Shown here: piece by piece, positions 13,288-18,834 of the stretch
How positions within the stretch are numbered: position 1 is the stretch's first letter
How the letters are laid out: each line of letters opens with the position of its first letter
IMG/VR virus record: IMGVR_UViG_3300045988_036394
Direction: 5' to 3' (one strand)
DNA length: 18,834 nucleotides
DNA from: a virus
The notes under the pieces: model-generated
The model's database searches: none
The model's input: the letters and a program-made list of their open reading frames with translations, nothing else
What the model was told of the DNA's origin: nothing
Position numbers and translations under genes: made by a program

Positions 13288-14731
13288 TGACCATTGTGCC
13301 GTAATCATCCATGACTTGCGTTCCATGTCTAAACCTCTCGTACGGGATTGGCTGGGAAAACATGTTTCCGGCCATGCAGACATCCACTTCACCGTCATCT
13401 CGCCACCCCTCATAACGGTTCATTCCAAGGATGGTCAGTTTTTCGTATCGTGCGGCAATCTTCCATTTGCCAAGTTCGGTTGGATGTATGTCACATGATT
13501 CCACCGGCTCCCAACCGCTCAGAATGCAACCATCCGTGTTCGCGTACAAGACTCGGTCAGAGTTGGCGTGGCATACGTCCATAAGCTTGCGGCGGGCGTA
13601 AGCATTGACCCAAACCGGAACAGGCAAATAGTCGGTTTTTAGATTCGATTCTTCACGTTGCGTGACATTCCAGTCGAGAGTGATGCCGTCTTTGGATAAA
13701 GGGAGCATGACGGCGCCTTTTGGGAGACTCGCCATTTTACCTACAAGCGCGTTCATAATAAGTTTCGCCATCTGCCGTTTCTCGCCAGTTGACTTCTGTT
13801 TCAGCCCCCCCCATTCATCGACAAACGAACGGAAGAAGCCTTTGGAGCGCCTGAACTTCCACCCCCTTACATGCCGGTAGACGCTCACGTCATAGTTTTC
13901 GTTGAGCAATTGTTGGTCAATGTCAGTGAGCACGCGCGTGACGTAACCACGTGTCGAGGCAAAGCGGTTGAGTCCGTACACGCTGCGGTTGTCTAACAAA
14001 ATGGGGTATCCGTCTGGTTTAAGTTCCGCGCGAAACGTAAGTTCATCGCAATGCAATGGCATGTCATTATCCTGCTTGTATTTGCCGTCGTATGGTTCCG
14101 GTTCACCCCACGGCAACCACTCGTCACGCAGAATACTGGGATACATGCTATTGCAATCAACGTCGATAGCCTTGCCATAAAATCCTTCTCTGGTCAGCAT
14201 GAAACCGCCGATATAGGCGTCATGCAATGACTTTTTGGTATCCGACTCAAGTTGTGGAAATTTGTCGTAATACCATTTCCACTCGCCGGACGCGAAAGCT
14301 TCCATGCTTGCACCTCCTGCGGTGATTTTACATAATCCACGGTTGCCGTATTCTCTCAGGATGTTGAGCATTTGGGTATCGGTCATGGTGAGACGGCAGT
14401 TCTCCCGTAAAAGATTTGATATGTCGAAAAAACGTGCGGAATTTTCTCGGTCAATACGCACGCTAAAACTGAAAAACTTGCCCTTTTTCGAGACAATCGC
14501 ATCCCAACTTAAGTTAGAGTTGTGTTCGTTATGTGGGAGGGAGTGTACGACGTGAGCCATAAACGGTTCAAGCAATTCTGGATTAGTCACGTAGACGGTG
14601 AGTTTGCCGCCTGACATGATGGACGCCAAAAGGCGATTTGGCGCGGTGACGTCACGCAGGACGGTTCCGTCCGTACAGCGTATGACGTTATCCGCGCACC
14701 ACAATCCTATCCTTTTGTCTTGCGTAGTCAT
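13280..14731 (-). CDS. Family-B protein-primed DNA polymerase (phi29 gp2-like), compact 483-aa form
   Basis: Motif A is IDVDCNSMYPS, motif B is KLIMNALVGKM and motif C is LYANTDGC. GLCKITAGGASMEAF matches phi29 GLDRMTAGSDSLKGF, and C-terminal LGKWKIA and VCMAGN match LGYWAHE and KCAGM. I prefer the start at M21 of the track ORF (ATG 14731, SD AAAGGA), which removes the overlap with the upstream gene. Confidence 0.93.
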   Translation of the reverse strand: MTTQDKRIGLWCADNVIRCTDGTVLRDVTAPNRLLASIMSGGKLTVYVTNPELLEPFMAHVVHSLPHNEHNSNLSWDAIVSKKGKFFSFSVRIDRENSARFFDISNLLRENCRLTMTDTQMLNILREYGNRGLCKITAGGASMEAFASGEWKWYYDKFPQLESDTKKSLHDAYIGGFMLTREGFYGKAIDVDCNSMYPSILRDEWLPWGEPEPYDGKYKQDNDMPLHCDELTFRAELKPDGYPILLDNRSVYGLNRFASTRGYVTRVLTDIDQQLLNENYDVSVYRHVRGWKFRRSKGFFRSFVDEWGGLKQKSTGEKRQMAKLIMNALVGKMASLPKGAVMLPLSKDGITLDWNVTQREESNLKTDYLPVPVWVNAYARRKLMDVCHANSDRVLYANTDGCILSGWEPVESCDIHPTELGKWKIAARYEKLTILGMNRYEGWRDDGEVDVCMAGNMFSQPIPYERFRHGTQVMDDYGTMVML

Positions 14732-14757
14732 GGTATAATTCCTTTGCTTACCGTCCG

Positions 14758-15819
14758 CTATTTTTCCAGTGCGCCCGCTTCCGTCATCCACCTATCGAAC
14801 TGCTGCCTTGAGCGCTGATAGCCCTTGCTATTGTCGCGGAATATCGACGTGAAACCGTGCCGAACTGGGTCATACACTGTCCAGTCGAACACGATACGGG
14901 GGGCGTCCGTCTGTTCGATGAACGCGCGTTTTTGCGCTGCCGATAGGCCACGGAATCGTTTCAAGCGTTTTGAGCCGAGCGTGGTAGCCAAGATTTTCTC
15001 AAAAACCTCATAGCGTCCGCGCGACATGTAAGATGGCCATTTATGTTCTTCATACAAGTCTTTGCCCTGTTTGCCTGTTCCCCGCTTTTTGGACGGTTTG
15101 CGTTTCTGCTCGGTACGCAGCCCCAGTATTTCTGCTACGTCGTGCATCTGCTCACGCAATTCATTGCGATGGCCGCTTTCCAGTTGAGAGCGCACGAAAG
15201 CTTCATCACTCAGAACGTTCGTCATTTGCAAAAAATCAGTGAGTTTTGACGGGATTATCTGGTTACGCCCAAACCCCTCGCCGGTGGTTCCGGTGATTTC
15301 AGCCACTCGCTGCTCATACACGCTACGTTGCGGCATTGCCTGATATCTGTTCCATTCGTTGATTTTCCGTCGTGCCGCATTGATTTTCCGCTGCTGCTGC
15401 CTGAGCAGTTTACGTCGTTTCACCACCGGCTCCGCGCTGATCTGTGCGTCCGAGATGGGCGCACGCTGGGCAAACATGTAATCTTTCTTCGTCGGCTTCT
15501 CAGCAGCGGCGGCATGGTATGGTGTTGCTTTCGCGTCCGCTATGGCCTGTTTCTTTTGCCGTTCCCACTCCTTGCCTAACGTTTTCGCGATATTAACTAG
15601 TTGTTTGTCTGCGGTTTTGGCGAGATTCGAGTGAGAGTACGAGCCAAGCTGCGTAACATTACGCGCGGCACGTGCTTGCGCGGCCTGTATCTTCTTAATG
15701 TGCTTGCGTTGCTGTCTATCGGCTTTGATGGCAACGCTGCTAATGTCCGGCTTTTGGTGGGTGCGATAATTCTGTGACACGACTGCGCGGGGTGCTGGTT
15801 TCTTCCTCTTCCCTGACAT
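14758..15819 (-). CDS. Putative terminal protein (replication primer)
   Basis: It lies immediately upstream of the polymerase gene, as phi29 gene 3 does. The 353-aa product is very basic, with N-terminal MSGKRKKPAPR and further K/R clusters. I could not align it to phi29 TP by eye. The start is taken at ATG 15819 (SD AAAGGA), because the longer track start lies inside a hairpin. Confidence 0.55.
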   Translation of the reverse strand: MSGKRKKPAPRAVVSQNYRTHQKPDISSVAIKADRQQRKHIKKIQAAQARAARNVTQLGSYSHSNLAKTADKQLVNIAKTLGKEWERQKKQAIADAKATPYHAAAAEKPTKKDYMFAQRAPISDAQISAEPVVKRRKLLRQQQRKINAARRKINEWNRYQAMPQRSVYEQRVAEITGTTGEGFGRNQIIPSKLTDFLQMTNVLSDEAFVRSQLESGHRNELREQMHDVAEILGLRTEQKRKPSKKRGTGKQGKDLYEEHKWPSYMSRGRYEVFEKILATTLGSKRLKRFRGLSAAQKRAFIEQTDAPRIVFDWTVYDPVRHGFTSIFRDNSKGYQRSRQQFDRWMTEAGALEK

Positions 15820-15841
15820 GGTTGCAGTCCTTTCAGATAGA

Positions 15842-15866
15842 GAGAGCACCCAATAGGGGTGCTCTC
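15842..15866 (-). promoter_or_regulatory. 10-bp stem-loop between the SSB and terminal-protein genes (possible attenuator or mRNA stabiliser)
   Basis: GAGAGCACCC-AATAG-GGGTGCTCTC. On the minus strand it is followed by UCUAUCU, a weak U-tract, and then the SD of the TP gene. Confidence 0.4.
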
Positions 15867-15900
15867 ATGGTAATGAACTCACATTGTGATTATAGCAAGG

Positions 15901-16347
15901 TCACTTGTTGTTCTTCTGCGGTTCCTGATCCACCGGCTCGATGCTGAAAAACTTGAAGCCACGGCGGGAACGGCGTTCCACCACCTTGATACACAGCGGT
16001 TCCGTCCAAGTGTTCGGCGTGCCGAAGATGCCGAACATAGTATTGAGTCCTGCGGCGAGGGTCGGGGAGGTGGCCGCGTACGCCTTGTTGTCATCGGTCA
16101 CAATAATTACGCGCACGGTATTGGAGATTTCTCCGGTCTGGTCATCGGTCACTTGCACGGCCTGAGCGACGGCGTTCGTCATATTCAGCGGTTCGTTGAG
16201 GTGTTCGTCGAGCTTTTCGGCGTTCTGCAATGCGCTGTAGAGCTTGATTTTGCCTTCGCGGGTCGAGGTGTCGATGAAGTGCTGGACGGTGCCAAGTTCA
16301 GTGTTTTCGGTGTTGAAAGCGATGAGTGCGGTATTGTTGTTTTCCAT
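15901..16347 (-). CDS. Single-stranded DNA-binding protein (phi29 p5-like)
   Basis: By-eye blocks against phi29 p5 are MENNN (MENTN), EGKIKLYSA (EGQIKIFNA), NAVAQAVQVTD (NAIAQYKQVSD), TVRVIIVTDDNKAYAATS (TVTTIFAADGSLYSAIS) and CIKVVERRSRRGFKFFSIE (FKVKVVQGTSSKGNVFFSLQ). It occupies the gene-5 slot between the p6-like and TP genes. Confidence 0.7.
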   Translation of the reverse strand: MENNNTALIAFNTENTELGTVQHFIDTSTREGKIKLYSALQNAEKLDEHLNEPLNMTNAVAQAVQVTDDQTGEISNTVRVIIVTDDNKAYAATSPTLAAGLNTMFGIFGTPNTWTEPLCIKVVERRSRRGFKFFSIEPVDQEPQKNNK

Positions 16348-16403
16348 TGTTTAACCTTTCCTAGATTGTTGTTATTTTGTTTTCAGGCTTATGCCTAAAA
16401 TCT

Positions 16404-16412
16404 TTTATATCA
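16404..16412 (-). promoter_or_regulatory. Candidate internal extended -10 box TGATATAAA overlapping the stop codon of the p6-like gene
   Basis: A TGnTATAAA box lies about 57 nt upstream of the SSB ATG. The arrangement matches the box at the polymerase stop codon. Confidence 0.3.
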
Positions 16413-16727
16413 CACGTCTTCGTTATTTTCAACGTCGGCGTGTCGATTTTTTGTGTGCTCTTCGGGGTTCCATTCTTGAGGTTCCTCAAAGGTAGCATAC
16501 TTATAAAAAGTTTCCTCGTTCATGGAGACTTTTTGCGAAAAAATGTTGATGGAACGCGGAATGAAATTCGGAAACAGTCTCTTCGCACGAATCGAATACG
16601 CGCGTGCATCCTTCAAGCGTCCGTCGATAACGTGTTCGGCTTCCATAAAATCGCCGTCCACCAATTCCATGCCTTTGAGCACGGCATAGACACGCGTACG
16701 GAATATATCAGTTTTGGTTCTAGCCAA
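16410..16727 (-). CDS. Putative dsDNA-binding / origin-organising protein (phi29 p6-like)
   Basis: 105 aa against about 104 aa for p6. The start is TTG, 5 nt after the strong SD GGGAGG. By-eye similarity to p6 includes ..T.V...K.M..VDG.., a basic central block (IRAKRLF against RMKRKY), V.MNEETFYKYAT against VYELPVEKFLEVAT, and an acidic tail. It is in the gene-6 position upstream of the SSB. Confidence 0.5.
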   Translation of the reverse strand: MARTKTDIFRTRVYAVLKGMELVDGDFMEAEHVIDGRLKDARAYSIRAKRLFPNFIPRSINIFSQKVSMNEETFYKYATFEEPQEWNPEEHTKNRHADVENNEDV

Positions 16728-16730
16728 TTT

Positions 16731-17249
16731 TTACCTCCCTTGCAGTAAGATTTTTTCTAAATCACTATCAGTATAACGAGTCGTGTCCAGTCTATCAAAA
16801 TTTTTAAACACGGCGATAATCAAGTTTTGCGCTTGCGGGTTATCGAAAATCGTGCAGCAATCGTATGAGGTGCCGCCCTTGACAGCGCACACCGCGCACC
16901 ATGCAATCAGATTAGGCGGATTAATAATGCCGTCCAAATATTCCGCGTCATACGTGCGGGCGGCGGCGGCGGCGAGTCCGTCCCCCATGGTCAGACTGCC
17001 GCAAATCTGAGACACAGTAATCACCGATTGCGTAAACCACTCACTTGGCGCGTCCCGCCACAGTTCGCACAGCATGTTCACGGCACGACAGCACGTTTCA
17101 AAATCGCCAAAACCCATGTCAAACCGCTTCAAATTCAGCTCACGCTTATGGCCCTTTGTGGCGTTAGTGATACGTTTGCTTTCCATGATCGTATCGTCGA
17201 AATCACGCATGCGGTAGATAGGCCGTCTATCATCGCCGCGCCTAAACAT
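16731..17249 (-). CDS. Hypothetical early protein (172 aa, Cys-rich)
   Basis: A long ORF in the early operon with SD GAGGAA. Its start overlaps the upstream 58-aa ORF. I recognise no family. Confidence 0.65.
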   Translation of the reverse strand: MFRRGDDRRPIYRMRDFDDTIMESKRITNATKGHKRELNLKRFDMGFGDFETCCRAVNMLCELWRDAPSEWFTQSVITVSQICGSLTMGDGLAAAAARTYDAEYLDGIINPPNLIAWCAVCAVKGGTSYDCCTIFDNPQAQNLIIAVFKNFDRLDTTRYTDSDLEKILLQGR

Positions 17250-17418
17250 AATACCGTTCCTCGACTCGAAAATACGATATGTTTTCCATATGAGAGCGGA
17301 TAGCCGCCCACTTTTTAATCAAATCTGCCGCATCCTTGTATGATGGCGCGTAGCCGACTTCGATAGGCGGTTTACGCGCATCCCTCAAATATGCGAGAGC
17401 GACGAAAGTACCGTACAT
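17242..17418 (-). CDS. Hypothetical early protein (58 aa)
   Basis: Not in the ORF track because it is under 60 aa. Product is MYGTFVALAYLRDARKPPIEVGYAPSYKDAADLIKKWAAIRSHMENISYFRVEERYYV. A GGAG lies 8 nt upstream of the ATG. The ORF fills the gap exactly and overlaps the next start. Confidence 0.5.
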   Translation of the reverse strand: MYGTFVALAYLRDARKPPIEVGYAPSYKDAADLIKKWAAIRSHMENISYFRVEERYYV

Positions 17419-17420
17419 GT

Positions 17421-17624
17421 CTAAAACTCCAATTCATCCACGAAGTCACTGTCACCGTACATCCACATGGATGCCCACAACCGTTGGTCAGGGCAGCGTT
17501 TTGGCGGATTAGTGGCGCTCCGCTTATGCTGCCTGCCTGCCCAAAAAGCGCGTAATCGCCAATAACTGTCGGCGTCCGGACACGTGCCGCATATCCACGA
17601 GTGTATCCAACCGCGAAAATACAT
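17421..17624 (-). CDS. Hypothetical early protein (67 aa, Trp/Cys-rich, acidic C-terminus)
   Basis: SD AGAGAGGAA. Spacing to both neighbours is 2 nt. It contains a CxxC (CGTC) plus one more Cys. Confidence 0.55.
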   Translation of the reverse strand: MYFRGWIHSWICGTCPDADSYWRLRAFWAGRQHKRSATNPPKRCPDQRLWASMWMYGDSDFVDELEF

Positions 17625-17626
17625 GG

Positions 17627-17872
17627 CTAATTCCTCTCTAAAAGCGGAGTGAGCGCCAAGTCGGTAGCATCAACGATAATATCAACCACTTGGCCGTAGT
17701 CGCATGCATCGTACGGAGCCAATGCAACAGCGTCGGTCAATCCGTCCTGCGAGTAAAACCGGACATCATACCGCAATTCGTACACACTGCGGTGTGCGCA
17801 ATACCACAGTCCAACGTCACCACCCCTAAACGGAGAATGGAACGTTGCAATCTTCCTGTCATTCTTAACCAT
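17627..17872 (-). CDS. Hypothetical early protein (81 aa)
   Basis: SD AAAGGGG lies 7 nt upstream. The gene is tightly packed in the early operon. Confidence 0.6.
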   Translation of the reverse strand: MVKNDRKIATFHSPFRGGDVGLWYCAHRSVYELRYDVRFYSQDGLTDAVALAPYDACDYGQVVDIIVDATDLALTPLLERN

Positions 17873-17873
17873 T

Positions 17874-18032
17874 TCAAACCCCTTTCACAACAAAAACCAG
17901 CACAATAGCCACGCTCACAGCAATCATGACTAGAAAACACAGTGCGTCACGCATATCTCGCTGCGCTTCAGAAAACGCTTCAGCACCTGAGGCAATCAGC
18001 AGAATCGCAAACAAGATGACAACAATAGCCAT
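17874..18032 (-). CDS. 52-aa early membrane protein (two hydrophobic helices)
   Basis: Not in the ORF track. Product is MAIVVILFAILLIASGAEAFSEAQRDMRDALCFLVMIAVSVAIVLVFVVKGV. It ends 1 nt before the next ATG. A GGAGA lies about 12 nt upstream. Confidence 0.45.
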   Translation of the reverse strand: MAIVVILFAILLIASGAEAFSEAQRDMRDALCFLVMIAVSVAIVLVFVVKGV

Positions 18033-18065
18033 TCCACAATAATTCTCCAATCAAACCAAAGACAT

Positions 18066-18134
18066 TCAAAACATGCCAAAAACGACAACAACACCAATAA
18101 TACACGCGCAAATGACAAGCACCGAAACAAACAT
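18066..18134 (-). CDS. Possible 22-aa hydrophobic micropeptide
   Basis: Product is MFVSVLVICACIIGVVVVFGMF. Its ATG lies 1 nt after the stop of the 77-aa ORF. The SD is weak, so this could be a chance ORF in G/T-rich sequence. Confidence 0.2.
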   Translation of the reverse strand: MFVSVLVICACIIGVVVVFGMF

Positions 18135-18135
18135 A

Positions 18136-18369
18136 TCAATACACCACACTATAAAAATAAGCCATATATTCACCCCCAACGACACGCCTTGGCGGGAACT
18201 GGCTAACATGAGCGTAAAGCATGACTCCCTTCAAGCAGAGGACCCTACGCAAAGCCTCATAAGAGTCTTTGGCGTGAACCACACGATAACTACGAGTCGG
18301 AGTTTCCACTTGGAGATAGTCAACACAAGACCAATCAACTACGATATACGTATGCTCTCTCACAATCAT
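18136..18369 (-). CDS. Hypothetical early protein (77 aa), first gene outside the right ITR
   Basis: This is internal M55 of the 131-aa track ORF. The SD AGGAAGGGAGA lies directly upstream. The longer form would overlap the ITR gene out of frame. Confidence 0.55.
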   Translation of the reverse strand: MIVREHTYIVVDWSCVDYLQVETPTRSYRVVHAKDSYEALRRVLCLKGVMLYAHVSQFPPRRVVGGEYMAYFYSVVY

Positions 18370-18382
18370 TCTCCCTTCCTGC

Positions 18383-18583
18383 TCACGCTTCCTCGAACGC
18401 TTCCATAAAATCATCAGCCGGAAACGAATCACAATCATCATATCCATCAATAGCCACATCATTGACCAAAGCCACATGACGCAGATTCTCAACAATCGCA
18501 TCAATATCGAAATCATCGAGCTGCTGGTCACTGTTCAGAATACAGCCCCCGGCGTAATCCTTGACGATGCTGTTGTTAATCAT
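18383..18583 (-). CDS. ITR-encoded 66-aa highly acidic protein (right copy), first gene of the early operon
   Basis: Identical to 252-452(+). Here no terminator follows it, and the next gene starts 13 nt downstream. Confidence 0.7.
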   Translation of the reverse strand: MINNSIVKDYAGGCILNSDQQLDDFDIDAIVENLRHVALVNDVAIDGYDDCDSFPADDFMEAFEEA

Positions 18584-18615
18584 TTTATTTCCTTTCCCTT
18601 GAAGCGGATAACTAC

Positions 18616-18624
18616 AATATAACA
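18616..18624 (-). promoter_or_regulatory. Mirror copy of the ITR extended -10 box, likely the early promoter of the right-end operon
   Basis: Reverse complement of 211-219. It sits upstream of the first gene of the long minus-strand early operon. Confidence 0.35.
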
Positions 18625-18792
18625 CAAACAAACGAACGACACGCCCAAAATAAAAAAAACTTAACAGGTTAGTATAAAAAAAATATAATAGAGACTGGAA
18701 TAAAACAAAGCGTCAACGGTGACACAGAACAAAAAAAAATAATACACAAATAAAAAAAACCACAAGGGAAAATCTTCACACAACCCCACACC

Positions 18793-18834
18793 CTGTCTCT
18801 TATACACATCTCCGAGCCCACGAGACATGCGCAG
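18793..18834. other. Illumina Nextera (Tn5) library adapter (reverse complement of 1-42)
   Basis: CTGTCTCTTATACACATCTCCGAGCCCACGAGAC followed by ATGCGCAG. This is the exact reverse complement of bases 1-42. Confidence 0.95.

Larger units (their letters stand above)
18382..18792. repeat. Right inverted terminal repeat (ITR)
   Basis: Mirror copy of 43-453, see the left ITR entry. Confidence 0.8.

Noticed and set aside
14732-14791. A longer polymerase start (ATG 14791) overlapping the upstream gene by 34 nt
   Set aside because: ATG 14731 has an SD (AAAGGA) and lies just after the upstream stop codon. The extra 20 residues match no polymerase motif. The same logic applies to the TP gene (15849 against 15819), where the longer start lies inside a hairpin.
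15886-16398. A 170-aa plus-strand ORF
   Set aside because: It is antisense to the p5-like SSB gene, which has clear by-eye homology to phi29 p5 and a good SD.
18073-18408. A 111-aa plus-strand ORF in the right early region
   Set aside because: It is T/P/H/N-rich translation of an A/C-rich strand. It is antisense to a tightly spaced minus-strand operon with good SDs and it crosses the ITR boundary. It is most likely a compositional artefact.
18370-18531. An N-terminal 54-aa extension of the 131-aa minus-strand ORF (18136-18531)
   Set aside because: The extension overlaps the ITR acidic-protein gene out of frame and is M/W/L-rich nonsense-like sequence. An internal ATG at 18369 has a strong SD directly upstream.
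1-18834. A circular or circularly permuted genome, or a prophage fragment
   Set aside because: The terminal repeats are inverted rather than direct. The gene set includes a terminal protein, a protein-primed polymerase and a gp16 ATPase, but no integrase, repressor or large terminase. This fits a linear, virulent phi29-type genome.

Overview
This window is a near-complete linear genome of a small phi29-like podovirus that replicates by protein priming, about 18.75 kb between library adapters. Both contig ends are Illumina Nextera/Tn5 adapter (1-42 and 18793-18834). Inside them lie perfect 411-bp inverted terminal repeats (43-453 and 18382-18792). Each repeat carries T-tract origin-like DNA, an extended -10 box, an SD and a complete gene for a 66-aa very acidic protein.

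Apart from the left-ITR gene copy, every gene is on the minus strand in one collinear series, read from right to left:
- small early ORFs, several of them tiny membrane peptides
- a phi29 p6-like dsDNA-binding protein
- a p5-like SSB
- a putative terminal protein
- a compact family-B protein-primed DNA polymerase
- a self-contained unit of promoter box, about 165 nt of structured RNA and an intrinsic terminator (candidate packaging RNA)
- a late promoter box
- scaffold, then major capsid with C-terminal Ig-like domains
- tail knob, connector and lower collar
- a four-gene appendage/fibre cluster that includes an SGNH esterase fibre
- a CHAP plus lysozyme-like tail lysin
- the gp16-like packaging ATPase
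- holin, a small 2-TM protein and a CHAP-SH3b endolysin

I saw no integrase, repressor, tRNA or CRISPR array. Strong AGGAGG-type SDs, the TcdE-type holin and the CHAP/SH3b lysins point to a Gram-positive host.

The most interesting items:
- the gene-bearing ITRs and their acidic protein
- the pRNA-like unit downstream of the polymerase gene
- three consecutive fibre genes that share one N-terminal module
- an apparently degenerate or compact exonuclease domain in the polymerase
- a 35-nt perfect palindrome that buries the tail-lysin start codon

All homology statements are by-eye comparisons with remembered phi29 protein sequences and motifs. No searches were run.
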